A stretch of DNA of 64,000 nt from Candidatus Heimdallarchaeota archaeon (GTDB taxonomy: Archaea; Asgardarchaeota; Heimdallarchaeia; Heimdallarchaeales; Heimdallarchaeaceae): the NCBI GenBank assembly GCA_018238545.1, contig JABCTC010000006.1, forward strand, positions 40,609 through 104,608, given 5' to 3'. Within the stretch, counting starts at the first letter, position 1. Every line of letters starts with the position of its first letter. Both the position numbers and the translations under genes were made by a program. A model generated the notes under the pieces. It saw nothing but the letters and a program-made list of their open reading frames with translations, was not told the origin of the DNA and did no database searches. Positions 1-9,765 of the stretch are shown piece after piece.

Positions 1-654
1 CGACTTCATGTTTCTGAAAAAATACGCAATCGTTCTTTGTTTCTATATCACAAATACAAAAAAGAACATAAAGGCAAAATAACAAATCATGTCCTGTTAT
101 CTGCTTTGTCTCTTCTTCTTAGTGTCCGTGAATTCAAACATAATTGTCCTTTAACCCTCAAAGAGATAGTTGGAACATACAGAGAATTGGGTCACCGAGT
201 ATTGGGTAAAAACTTACTTAGTTTGATGCAAGATTTAAACATCAAATCTCCTTCTTCAAACATAAGAAGGAGTGAAGAATATGTTTTCCGGATATGTTCT
301 CTTATATGCCGCCATTCTCCAATAAAAGAAAGAATAGAAAAAAAATATTCTGTTGATGTTTATGTATATGAAAAAATGCTTCAATTACTTTGTTTACGAA
401 TTCTAGAAAGTATCCCTTACGTTGAACGTGGAGGAAAACGCCCTTATCCTTTTTCTGCAGCCTCTGCCTACGTAGCTGATAAACTTCTATCAAAGAAACT
501 CAACAGTTCTTCAGCTCTAACTCAAAAACTAGTTGCTCAATCAACTAATGTTGCTGAATTTACTATCAGAGATCATGCAGAATTTATGTTTAGTTATGAT
601 TATGATCAAATAATCACTGAAATTAGTAAAAGGCTTTCTTCAAGTTTCGAATAA
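1..654 (+). CDS. TFB/TFIIB-like cyclin-fold protein, 5'-partial
   Basis: Frame is open from position 1 (RLHVSEKIRNRSLFLY). The C-terminus GKRPYPFSAASAYVA...LTQKLVAQSTNVAEFTIRD resembles the second cyclin repeat and HTH of TFB. Confidence 0.65.
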   Translation, partial: RLHVSEKIRNRSLFLYHKYKKEHKGKITNHVLLSALSLLLSVREFKHNCPLTLKEIVGTYRELGHRVLGKNLLSLMQDLNIKSPSSNIRRSEEYVFRICSLICRHSPIKERIEKKYSVDVYVYEKMLQLLCLRILESIPYVERGGKRPYPFSAASAYVADKLLSKKLNSSSALTQKLVAQSTNVAEFTIRDHAEFMFSYDYDQIITEISKRLSSSFE

Positions 655-688
655 TGCTTAGTAGAGAAATAAATGAAATTCCCCTACT

Positions 689-1312
689 TTAGAACCGAAT
701 TAGATTCGAAAAGAAATTTTGTACCACTAATACAATTGCTATGTGAAGAATAAAGACAATTACAACTTTAAAGATTATGCGCTTTTCATTACTCATTTTC
801 AATAAGTAGTAGTTATTTAAACAATTGATTACTAAAAAGGAAAATGACAAAAATGACCATATAGTAAACGAAAAAGAGAACGAGAAATCCCCGGTGCTAA
901 TTAAGGAATAAAAATTGGAAAATAAAGGAGAGAACCCTGCTATCATAGCTATTGTAATTAGAGTAACATAACGTATTATCCGCATCCTTCTTATATGTAC
1001 CTTTAATAAATCATCTCTCTCTTCAAGCGCTTCTTCTCGCATTTTAATGAGTTCTGCAGTTGATTTAAACCGTTCTATCATTTCTTGAGTATCAGCTTGT
1101 AATGCTGATGCAAATAGATTAGCAATCTCGGAATAATCTAATTTAAGTGATGAGAAAATATCGGTGATTTCCTCTCCAAGCTGAATCCTTAGAAGTAATT
1201 CTTTAGGAAAATCTTGTATGGAGAACATAGCTCTCTCAAGATTTTCTCCTTTTTCCATTTGGTTTGCTATTTCGCGGAGTAAAATATGATCTGAAAATGA
1301 TAGTTTATACAT
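689..1312 (-). CDS. Type II secretion F-family (TadC-like) pilus platform membrane protein
   Basis: N-terminal 'IANQMEKGENLERAM' T2SSF-like helix and 3 C-terminal TM segments; operonic with the secretion ATPase. Confidence 0.6.
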   Translation of the reverse strand: MYKLSFSDHILLREIANQMEKGENLERAMFSIQDFPKELLLRIQLGEEITDIFSSLKLDYSEIANLFASALQADTQEMIERFKSTAELIKMREEALEERDDLLKVHIRRMRIIRYVTLITIAMIAGFSPLFSNFYSLISTGDFSFSFSFTIWSFLSFSFLVINCLNNYYLLKMSNEKRIIFKVVIVFILHIAIVLVVQNFFSNLIRF

Positions 1313-2114
1313 TCTCTCCTCCCATGCTTTTGTTCTGAATTAACCTAAGTGTTACAGTTCCAAAAACTGCGTAAAGTAATGGAAAAAGCAGCAATGTTGG
1401 TGAAGTTGGTGCTACTATAAGTGATAAAACTAAACTAAGAACCAAAGGTAATAGACACGAGATTGCAACAAAGATGACCATATTATCTTCAATTAACTTG
1501 ATTTCTCTTTTTAATTTGGTCAAGAAATCAGGATCGGTTTCTATGAAAGAATCTGGGTTTTTTAGGCTTTGAAAAGCATATTTGTGCTTTCTGTTCTGAA
1601 ACATTTTTGAATTTTCGTCAATTGTTTGATTTTCATCAGCCCCAATGTTCAGATTGAAGATCATATCTTCAAAGTGTTTTTTGTAGAAATTATCAGTTGT
1701 CCCTTTTTTTAGAAGTAATTCGATGGAGCGAGGTAAAGATTGTGTTGATTTCATACTGATTGAGAGAGAATTTATAATTAGAAAGGCTACCTCGTCAAAC
1801 AATCTGTGCTTTTTTATTATGCTTGACCTAACATAATCACTAAAAATAAAGAAGAGAGCAAGTGAAATTACAATTGAAACAATCAGTGTAAAAACCAAGT
1901 TTAACTGAATTAGGAAGTAACAGAGTAGCATCGAAATAAAGAAACTAAAAATTGCAAGATTGCATAACACCACTAGTTTTACCAAATCGTTTTCTGATAT
2001 GAAATCTTCTGAGTGTTTTTTTATTTTGCCTAATGTGATCTTATAAAGAAATTCTTTTGGTATCATGCTAAATTGCATTGTCCTTTGTATCAACGAAAAA
2101 TACCTCGACCCCAC
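1305..2114 (-). CDS. Type II secretion F-family (TadB-like) membrane protein
   Basis: Two N-terminal and two C-terminal TM segments around 'SISMKSTQSLPRSIE'; abuts the ATPase stop codon. Confidence 0.6.
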   Translation of the reverse strand: MGSRYFSLIQRTMQFSMIPKEFLYKITLGKIKKHSEDFISENDLVKLVVLCNLAIFSFFISMLLCYFLIQLNLVFTLIVSIVISLALFFIFSDYVRSSIIKKHRLFDEVAFLIINSLSISMKSTQSLPRSIELLLKKGTTDNFYKKHFEDMIFNLNIGADENQTIDENSKMFQNRKHKYAFQSLKNPDSFIETDPDFLTKLKREIKLIEDNMVIFVAISCLLPLVLSLVLSLIVAPTSPTLLLFPLLYAVFGTVTLRLIQNKSMGGENV

Positions 2115-3491
2115 TTACCTCACCGTTAACAGTTGCTCTTTTATCTTCTCAACATGATGTTGAAAACTTATGTCTCTTTTAATGATTGAATCAATTTTCT
2201 CTTTAATGAACGATTCTTCTTTTATTGTATCTATTGTTCTTTTCTTATCCCAAGAAGAGTCGTAAACTTTTGTTAAAAACCCATATTTTTTATCTATTTG
2301 TAGATTATTTGCATTGACCTCATAGATTTCAGCGATAGTTCTAATAAAACTAGTTTTCAGTATTTCGCGTTTCATGATTATAATCGTTTCTAGAGATAGG
2401 AAGTCTGTAACTGAAATTTTGTGCAAATTCTCCCATCTTCTTAATATTTTTTCAACAGAGTCGGCATGAGCTGTCTGTATGCCTTTTAAACCAGCATTTA
2501 ATGCTTCAAACATGGCTTTTGTGTGCTCACTCGATTGGATCTCTCCTAAATATATCCAATCAGGAGATCGATGAAGAAGTTTCAAAATTTCCGATGTTTT
2601 AGTGTATAAAGATCTATTAGATTCAAAAGAATCTACTTGTATTGATAATTGTTTATAACCTAACTCTGTTTGATTTATTGATTCAATAGCATCCTCTATT
2701 GCAATTTTTCTCCAGTGCTTTGGTGTATACAGGTCTATGGCATTTGCCAATGTTGTTTTCCCTGAGTTTGGTTCTCCAATGACTGTGATATTTCTTCTTT
2801 TCTCTACGACTTCAACTAAGTAAGCTGCTATGAATGAAGGTAAGGTTTTCAGTTTTATTAAGTCAACTATTTTTAAAGGGTTCCTATGAAATTTTCTGAT
2901 ATTGAATGTGGGACCGTTTGGAGATAATGGGGGGAAATCCATTGAAATTCTCATATGAAAATCATTAGTTTTAAACTCAATTTTGAGAGATGGTTTCTTT
3001 GTTGTAATGGTAATGGGGTGCTCTAATTTCAGTCTGTTTAGTAGACTTCTTATTTCTTCTTCTTCTAAAACTATCCCTGTATTGCACCTGCCGAATATCC
3101 TGTGATCAACATATATTGGAGCATTCATTTGATCCAGATATATCTCATTTACTCCATCATCCAAAAATAGTGGGATAATCCTATCTAGCTTTATTAATTT
3201 GTGGATAAACAATTCCGCAAATAAATCGGGTTCTGTTGGCAAATTATCAATTTCTAATACTTTCCACATAAATATTGATTTTAATACACTAATTAATTCA
3301 TCAAACTTTAGTATTTTTTTCCCTAATCTTTCCTTGTTTTTGAAAACTATTGACGATAATTCTGTGAATAATAGTGGGTCCTGATCAAAATTATACTCGG
3401 GTTTTGCACTGTAGACCAGGTAATTGCCATCGGTTGTAATTCTAATTTTGTATCCTTTGACTTTGTATTCACTTATTCCATTCTTTTCCAA
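2115..3491 (-). CDS. Type II/IV secretion (TadA/CpaF/ArlI-family) ATPase
   Basis: Walker A GEPNSGKTT, Asp box IAIEDAIE, Walker B PDWIYLGEIQ, His box QTAHA, and GPTFNIRKF. Confidence 0.9.
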   Translation of the reverse strand: MEKNGISEYKVKGYKIRITTDGNYLVYSAKPEYNFDQDPLLFTELSSIVFKNKERLGKKILKFDELISVLKSIFMWKVLEIDNLPTEPDLFAELFIHKLIKLDRIIPLFLDDGVNEIYLDQMNAPIYVDHRIFGRCNTGIVLEEEEIRSLLNRLKLEHPITITTKKPSLKIEFKTNDFHMRISMDFPPLSPNGPTFNIRKFHRNPLKIVDLIKLKTLPSFIAAYLVEVVEKRRNITVIGEPNSGKTTLANAIDLYTPKHWRKIAIEDAIESINQTELGYKQLSIQVDSFESNRSLYTKTSEILKLLHRSPDWIYLGEIQSSEHTKAMFEALNAGLKGIQTAHADSVEKILRRWENLHKISVTDFLSLETIIIMKREILKTSFIRTIAEIYEVNANNLQIDKKYGFLTKVYDSSWDKKRTIDTIKEESFIKEKIDSIIKRDISFQHHVEKIKEQLLTVR

Positions 3492-3681
3492 TTAGAAATC
3501 TCCCTTTCAGTTTTCACACTATCTTAATTACTAATTAGTATATCAACACCACTTTTTTGAATAAATCAGCAATTACAAGATGAACTGCAGCTAAGTTTAG
3601 AAAAGCTAATTCATCAATAATTTCGACACATATATGTAATAACTTTAAATAGAAAAAACTTGCAGTTGATGATGTGAGAAA

Positions 3682-4653
3682 ATGGCCAATAAATACGATG
3701 TAATGTGGACAGAAAAATATAGACCAAAAACTCTTGACGATTTGAAGGGCCACGAAGATATTATAGTACGTCTAAAAGGATTTATAAAAAGAAGGAATCT
3801 TCCTCATTTGTTATTTGCTGGACCTCCCGGCACAGGTAAAACAACAGCTCTTTTAGCCCTTGCCAATGATTTGTATGGTCACACAAATGTTTCTCGTAAC
3901 TTTCTAGAAATGAATGCTTCGGACGATCGTGGAATTGATACAATACGAACTAAAGTAAAAGAATTTGCCCGTACAGCTTCTTATGGAAACACCCCATTTA
4001 AGATAATATGTTTAGATGAAGCAGATAACTTGACTTCTGCAGCTCAGCATGCTTTAAGGAGAACAATGGAAAGATATGTAAAAACAAGTAGATTCGCATT
4101 AATTTGTAACTATTCAAGTAAAATAATAGAACCTATTCAATCGAGATGTGCAATATTTAGATTTAAACCACTTGATGAAGATAGTATTCGAGAATTTCTC
4201 AAATACATATGTGATAATGAAAAACTAGTATATGATAAAGAAGGGTTGGATACAGTTCTTTACATATCGGAAGGAGATTTAAGAAAAGCTGTTAACATCT
4301 TACAATCTACTGCAGCCGCAGGCAAATCAGTGGAACGAGTAACTGTATTACAAACTGTAGGACATGCGGATCCTGAAAGGATTAAGGAGATGCTTAATCT
4401 TGCATTAGACAAAAAATTTGAAAAATCTAGAGCGGTTTTGCAGAACCTTATTCTACAATATGGGTTATCTGGAACAGATGTAACACACCAAATTTATAGA
4501 GAAATATCTTCTCTCTCTATTCCTGATAGCAAAAAGTTGGAGATTACCGAATTTTTAGCTGAAATTGATTTTCGTATTTCAGAAGGTGCTTCTAGTAATA
4601 TCCAACTGACTTCTTTCTTAGCAAAATTAGTAAAAGAAGCTGATAAAGAATAG
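3682..4653 (+). CDS. rfcS: Replication factor C small subunit
   Basis: WTEKYRP, GPPGTGKTT, LEMNASDDRGID, LDEAD, IQSRC. Confidence 0.97.
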   Translation: MANKYDVMWTEKYRPKTLDDLKGHEDIIVRLKGFIKRRNLPHLLFAGPPGTGKTTALLALANDLYGHTNVSRNFLEMNASDDRGIDTIRTKVKEFARTASYGNTPFKIICLDEADNLTSAAQHALRRTMERYVKTSRFALICNYSSKIIEPIQSRCAIFRFKPLDEDSIREFLKYICDNEKLVYDKEGLDTVLYISEGDLRKAVNILQSTAAAGKSVERVTVLQTVGHADPERIKEMLNLALDKKFEKSRAVLQNLILQYGLSGTDVTHQIYREISSLSIPDSKKLEITEFLAEIDFRISEGASSNIQLTSFLAKLVKEADKE

Positions 4654-4671
4654 TAGAAATTAACTGCGTTC

Positions 4672-5514
4672 CTATATATTTAAATCTTTGATATATTCCA
4701 AAATCAGTCTTTTTTGTACCTCTTCTTGTTTTATTTTTCTTAAAATACCACTGATTTTGTCTCTAATGATTTTTAATGCTTTACCATTAACAATCCATTT
4801 TACATCTTCATAATACTGTTTTACCAAGATTAGATTATTGGGGTCTGCAGGTTGTATGTTTAAGCTATCAATATCTGTTCTCGTACGAAGGAGTGCTTTT
4901 GTATTTTTTAATTCAACAGATAATTTACTATAATTCATGATATATCCTACGATTCTTCTAACTTGTTCCCATAGAAAGGATTGTGCAACAAATTCAAATA
5001 GAATATAACCTTGTTCTTCCATAATATTGATTTGTTCGATTTCCCTAATCGTATTGCGTTGATCATTCTTACAGAAGAGCCTATAATCGTTCTTTCCTTC
5101 AAAAAGTGAACAAATCTTCTGCATTTTACTTATCTCTTTTTCTATTTCGTCTTCTAAGTTCCCTTTTTCTGCTAAATACCAATATTTTTTCTTCAAACTG
5201 TGTTTAGGGGAAAAGTCTTCTTTGACTTTGGTATGAGACCAACATACAATCGAATTATCTTTAGGAAGTTGTGCATTTATTTGCTCTAAAATTATCTCCT
5301 TTTCTGAATTGAAACCAATTACATTGCCTATAGCGTTTACATTTTTATCCGTTCTACTTGCACTAATAAACCAATTATTTTGTGCTGATATGATGTGATT
5401 TGTTTCTATGAGTGCTTGTAGTAACGTTTCTTCAACCGTGGATATATTTGGCTGCCTTTGATAACCAAAGTAATTTTTACCTTCATAATAAACTTGTACT
5501 ATGTACCGTATCAT
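4672..5514 (-). CDS. truA: tRNA pseudouridine(38-40) synthase TruA
   Basis: YEGKNYFGYQRQP, ASRTDKNVNA (catalytic Asp), SFLWEQVRRIVG. Confidence 0.92.
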   Translation of the reverse strand: MIRYIVQVYYEGKNYFGYQRQPNISTVEETLLQALIETNHIISAQNNWFISASRTDKNVNAIGNVIGFNSEKEIILEQINAQLPKDNSIVCWSHTKVKEDFSPKHSLKKKYWYLAEKGNLEDEIEKEISKMQKICSLFEGKNDYRLFCKNDQRNTIREIEQINIMEEQGYILFEFVAQSFLWEQVRRIVGYIMNYSKLSVELKNTKALLRTRTDIDSLNIQPADPNNLILVKQYYEDVKWIVNGKALKIIRDKISGILRKIKQEEVQKRLILEYIKDLNI

Positions 5515-5601
5515 CTTCTACTTTTTATTCTCTATATGATTAAAAATATAATGTAACACAAAGAAAAAAATTAAAAACCCAACCCCTCTCATTATCTTAC
5601 T

Positions 5602-5679
5602 GCCTCGATGGTGTAGCTCGGCCAATCATTGCGGACTCTCACTCCGCAGACCCGGGTTCAAATCCCGGTCGAGGCACCA
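5602..5679 (+). tRNA. tRNA-Glu(CTC), CCA encoded
   Basis: Acceptor GCCTCGA/TCGAGGC, anticodon arm GCGGA-CT-CTC-AC-TCCGC, T-loop TTCAAAT, 3' ACCA. Confidence 0.96.
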
Positions 5680-5702
5680 CTATTTCTTTTATAATTACTT
5701 TT

Positions 5703-6005
5703 TTATTGCTTTTCTTCCCATACTGCAAACAGTTGCTTCAAAGATGATGCGAGGATATTTTCACTATCATATTGATATATCAAAATCCGTCCAAATTTCT
5801 TTTCTCTGATAAGTCCAGCTTTACATAAAAATTTCAAGTGCCCTTTTACCGACGAATGATTAAGATTTATGTTTCTTGAGATTGCAGATACGTTTAATTC
5901 GTCTAGTTCTGCTAGTAGTTTTAGGATTCTAACTCTACCTCTTGATGACAGAACATCTTCAACAGCGAGTCTTTGTGTATCTTTTATTTTGCCAATATTT
6001 GTCAT
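5703..6005 (-). CDS. ArsR-like winged-helix DNA-binding protein
   Basis: VLSSRGRVRILKLL...LNVSAISRNINLNHSSVKGHLKFL...GLIREKKFG; directly downstream of cdc6. Confidence 0.85.
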   Translation of the reverse strand: MTNIGKIKDTQRLAVEDVLSSRGRVRILKLLAELDELNVSAISRNINLNHSSVKGHLKFLCKAGLIREKKFGRILIYQYDSENILASSLKQLFAVWEEKQ

Positions 6006-6017
6006 TTTTTTCCCCTT

Positions 6018-7235
6018 TTATCGGTGTTCTATTGTTTTCTTTTGATTTTCAATGGTTTTAACCAAGAACTCTTCAATAGCTTCAACGGAAATATCTGGAA
6101 TGCTTATTAATGTGGTTTTACCTCGCATTCCCTCACCTGAAATTTTTGTACTTATGATGTCCTGCTTTGATAGCTCTTTCAAATATGTCCAGATTTGTGT
6201 ATGTTTTCGTGGATCTTCGTTGTATTCCTCACATAGTAGTTTGTATGAACTAATCGCATCATTTGTTGAAATATATGCATTTTTTGTATGTTTTAGTTTT
6301 CGTATTGTTGCTAACAAAACTAGTTTTTGGTGTAATGTTAGAGTAAGAATAACTTCTCTCCTGATTTCTGGATGAATTAATCCCTTGGCTTTTCTTACAT
6401 GATCTGGATAGATAATTGGAGAATTTTCATCATCTGCACATTGACCCGCACCCCATAACAATTCTATTGCATAACGAGCATCTCCTAATTTACTCGCAAT
6501 GTCAGCAATCAATTCTGTAGCATCTTCTGTTATTACCCCATCATAAAATGCTAATTCAGATCGAGATTTTATTATGTCCCGTAGATTTGTTTCGGAATAT
6601 CTATCTAATGATATGTGACTTGTTTGAAAACTACTTTGTGTGCTTGCATCAAGACTATGGATGAAGTTTAGATTTCTAGCAATAAAAATGTAAGATATCC
6701 ATTGTTTTGTTGTCATTTCGCTTATTCTTAATAAAGTATAGAGAAAATCTGTTCCTGCACGTGAGATAAGATAATCAACTTCATCCAAAATCAGCAATAT
6801 TTTTTGTGAATAGAAGTCCAATAAACGAATCAAGAGGTCTTGTAGTTCCTCAAAAGAATATCCTCGTGGTGGAATTGCCTTATTCAACTGGCGCGCTAAT
6901 GTGCTAATGATGAGATAAGGACTTTTATAAATTCGGCAATTGATGTAAACTAAACGGAAATTTTTCTGTTTATCAATATTTTCTAGTAATTGACCAAACC
7001 GTTTAGCTAAAGTAGTTTTACCAGAACCTGTTGGTCCTGTTATACTTATTTTTCTTAAAGGTTCATCCCTTTCTTCAAAAATTGTTTTGAAATATTTTGC
7101 TAAAGTTCTGAGTTCCTCCTCCCTGTGTGGTAGGTGTGGTGGGATATATGTGACGGATAAACAACTTATGTTCTTAAATACAGTAGGTTTTTTCAGTAAG
7201 GAATTAAAAAATTCCTCGTCAGATGTAGGCATCAT
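6018..7235 (-). CDS. cdc6: Orc1/Cdc6 replication initiator
   Basis: YIPPHLPHREEEL, GPTGSGKT, YINC, ILDEVD, GDARYAI and a C-terminal wHTH. Start placed at ATG 7235; the ORF track uses TTG 7256. Confidence 0.95.
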   Translation of the reverse strand: MMPTSDEEFFNSLLKKPTVFKNISCLSVTYIPPHLPHREEELRTLAKYFKTIFEERDEPLRKISITGPTGSGKTTLAKRFGQLLENIDKQKNFRLVYINCRIYKSPYLIISTLARQLNKAIPPRGYSFEELQDLLIRLLDFYSQKILLILDEVDYLISRAGTDFLYTLLRISEMTTKQWISYIFIARNLNFIHSLDASTQSSFQTSHISLDRYSETNLRDIIKSRSELAFYDGVITEDATELIADIASKLGDARYAIELLWGAGQCADDENSPIIYPDHVRKAKGLIHPEIRREVILTLTLHQKLVLLATIRKLKHTKNAYISTNDAISSYKLLCEEYNEDPRKHTQIWTYLKELSKQDIISTKISGEGMRGKTTLISIPDISVEAIEEFLVKTIENQKKTIEHR

Positions 7236-7489
7236 TCTCTCTCTGATTGTACCCAAGGGAAATTACTATTTATATTTAGCAGACAGACATCTCTGAAAGT
7301 GATAATCAAAAGCAACTCTAACACTTGTCTAGAACCAAGTTTCCTTGTTCCTAGTTACAATTTTCAGATTTGATAAAAACAAAGCTTGAATTGTAAGTAT
7401 TCATTTTAGAATGTATATTCTCAGTTGTGTTATATTGAACATGTGCCGATAAAGTTAAAAATCAACGTTATCGGTTTTATTCACAACAT

Positions 7490-7574
7490 GTGGAGATTGC
7501 CGAGTGGTCAAAGGCGCTAGAATGAGGATCTAGTCCTTAGTGGTCCGGGAGTTCGAATCTCCCTCTCCGCACCA
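7490..7574 (+). tRNA. tRNA-Leu(GAG), CCA encoded
   Basis: Acceptor GTGGAGA/TCTCCGC, anticodon arm CTAGA-AT-GAG-GA-TCTAG, long variable arm, GTTCGAAT, ACCA. Confidence 0.95.
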
Positions 7575-7624
7575 TCTAAAAAATATTTTTTTGTTATCTC
7601 CATTATCTGATTACAAGTTCTTTT

Positions 7625-7810
7625 TTAGCTGAACAAGTCATCTATAGAGGTAGTAGACCAATCAATTAGATTTAAAATCACACCAAAAATGATGGCGAAA
7701 ATGAAGACAGCTATACCGATGAGTAAAATTTCCTCAAGTATTGGGGATCCTCTCTTTTTACTAAATCTGAAACTTTTGAATAATTGAAATATCATCCTCA
7801 TAATTCTCAA
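7625..7810 (-). CDS. Small class III signal peptide protein (Flp-like type IV pilin)
   Basis: Basic leader ending KKRG, then SPILE (Glu at +5) and a ~20-residue hydrophobic helix; 40-aa mature chain. Confidence 0.75.
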   Translation of the reverse strand: MRIMRMIFQLFKSFRFSKKRGSPILEEILLIGIAVFIFAIIFGVILNLIDWSTTSIDDLFS

Positions 7811-8059
7811 TATTTAACTAAAGTTTGTTATTTAAACTCCACAAAACACACATTAAGCTTTCACTCTTCAGTAAAACACAGTTGTAAATATCCTCCATCC
7901 GCTATATTTTCTCGTTCATTTGTAAAATTGCTGTCATAATGATAAATTTGAGAATCATAATCATTCAGCAGAACATTATCTAAAATACTTGTGTATGGAA
8001 AACCTTTTTTATTATCATAAATCGGTGCGATATAGTATTAACCATTCCTAGGTGCCACT

Positions 8060-8893
8060 ATGGATATAGAGCTTGTTGAAATATTTCCAAATTCAGTTAA
8101 ATTCATCCTTTCGGATGTTTCATTAGCTTTCGCTAATGCTCTTAGACGTTTAGCTTTGGCTGAAGTTCCATCATTAGTAATTGAGGATGTTTATGTATTA
8201 CGAAACACTTCACCGCTTTTTGATGAATTTATTGCACATAGATTAGGGTTAACACCCTTAAAATATGATATTGATGAACTCGATTTGAATTTCAGAGACA
8301 AATGTGATTGTGGCGGAATTGGTTGCAATTTATGCACAGTAACTTTAATGCTCTCAAAAGAAACAGATGCTCAAACCACAACCGTTGTTTACAGTGGTGA
8401 TATTGTATCAGCCCAAGAAGGAGTAGAACCTGTAACATCAAAGATTCCAATCGTTAAATTAGGACCAAATCAAGCACTAGAATTGGAATGTATGGCACAA
8501 CTTGGAATAGGAAAAGAGCACGCTAAATGGCAACCAGTTTCTGCAATGGGATATCAAGAATTCCCAATACCAGAAATAAATAAGAGTAAATGTACTAACT
8601 GTCTTGCTTGTATAGATGCTTGTTACAGGGGAGTATATCAAAAAGTAGGGGACGAAGTTCAAGTGACCAATCCTTTAAGTTGCACCTTATGCAATTATTG
8701 TCTTGATTTTTGTGAACCTGGTGCCATTGAAATTGGAAACGACCCTTCCAAAATAATTTTTTCATTTGAAACAAATAGCGGTATTCCTCCTTCAAAAATA
8801 CTTTCTAAAACAGGAGAAATACTTCTCACAAATATCGACGAATTCAAAAAGACATTAGAATCATCGTTATTAGAAAAAGAAGAAAAAGAATGA
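8060..8893 (+). CDS. rpoD: RNA polymerase subunit D (Rpo3) with ferredoxin-like insert
   Basis: FANALRR, DEFIAHRLGLTPL, GKEHAKWQPV; CTNCLACIDAC and CTLCNYCLDFC motifs. Confidence 0.97.
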   Translation: MDIELVEIFPNSVKFILSDVSLAFANALRRLALAEVPSLVIEDVYVLRNTSPLFDEFIAHRLGLTPLKYDIDELDLNFRDKCDCGGIGCNLCTVTLMLSKETDAQTTTVVYSGDIVSAQEGVEPVTSKIPIVKLGPNQALELECMAQLGIGKEHAKWQPVSAMGYQEFPIPEINKSKCTNCLACIDACYRGVYQKVGDEVQVTNPLSCTLCNYCLDFCEPGAIEIGNDPSKIIFSFETNSGIPPSKILSKTGEILLTNIDEFKKTLESSLLEKEEKE

Positions 8894-8904
8894 GGTGAGC
8901 TTAA

Positions 8905-9270
8905 ATGCCAAGAAGAACAGGACCAACAGATCCAAATATTATACAGTTAATTAACCAGCTTAAGAAGAAATCAGCTGAAACAAATGTTTCCATTTGGAAA
9001 ACAATTGCTGAAAGAATAGAGAAACCTAGAAGAAAAAGGGCCACTACTAATCTCAGTAAAATAAATAGATACTCAAAAGAAAATGATATTATTATTGTTC
9101 CAGGTTCAGTTCTAAGTTCAGGGAAACTTGATCACCCTGTAACTATTGTGGCTCTTAAAACCACTGAACAAGCAAAGGAAAAAATACACGCAACAAAAAG
9201 TAAATTCCTTACTATTCATGAACTATTAGAATCTAATCATGAAGTTGGTAAAATGAAAATAATAATCTAA
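8905..9270 (+). CDS. rpl18e: 50S ribosomal protein L18e
   Basis: TGPTDPN, PRRKRATTNLSKINRY, VPGSVL; conserved position after rpoD. Confidence 0.95.
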   Translation: MPRRTGPTDPNIIQLINQLKKKSAETNVSIWKTIAERIEKPRRKRATTNLSKINRYSKENDIIIVPGSVLSSGKLDHPVTIVALKTTEQAKEKIHATKSKFLTIHELLESNHEVGKMKIII

Positions 9271-9284
9271 TCAAGGTGAATTAA

Positions 9285-9755
9285 ATGGTAAAAACTGGAA
9301 AAAACGTTGTAACACAGTTAGTAACTCCCAAAATTATAATTGATGCAGATAATGCAATTTTAGGTCGTTTATGTTCTGAAGTTGCAAAATATCTACTAGA
9401 TGGTTATGCAGTAAATATTGTAAACTGTGAAAATGCTATAGTTTCTGGTAAAAAACACTCAATTTTAAATGAGTATAGAAACATGCACAAAATTCACACT
9501 GCAACTAATCCCCGAAGAGGACCTTTCCATCCTAAACGACCTGATAGATTAGTACGACGCACTGTTAGAGGAATGCTACCTTGGAAAAAAAGCAAAGGTA
9601 GAAATGCGTATCATAGACTGTTAACATATATTGGAATTCCAGATGAGTTTTCTAATTTAGAAATTATTAAACCGAAGTATGCTGATGCAAACAAACTGGA
9701 CTGCAAAAAGACAACTGTTGGAAATCTATGTAAAGAGTTTGGCTGGCAAGAATAA
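9285..9755 (+). CDS. rpl13: 50S ribosomal protein L13 (uL13)
   Basis: IDADNAILGRL, GPFHPKRPD, RRTVRGMLP. Confidence 0.96.
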   Translation: MVKTGKNVVTQLVTPKIIIDADNAILGRLCSEVAKYLLDGYAVNIVNCENAIVSGKKHSILNEYRNMHKIHTATNPRRGPFHPKRPDRLVRRTVRGMLPWKKSKGRNAYHRLLTYIGIPDEFSNLEIIKPKYADANKLDCKKTTVGNLCKEFGWQE

Positions 9756-9765
9756 GGTGATTAAT

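Noticed and set aside
3535-3753. 72-aa minus-strand ORF upstream of the pilus ATPase, considered as a pilin
   Set aside because: Overlaps rfcS antisense and has no class III cleavage motif.
7260-8059. Canonical ORB boxes near cdc6
   Set aside because: No repeated TCCA-N-TGGAAAC with G-string was found by eye.
9679-9765. N-terminal extension of S9 in the ORF track
   Set aside because: Overlaps rpl13; ATG 9766 has a clear Shine-Dalgarno and gives the normal length.
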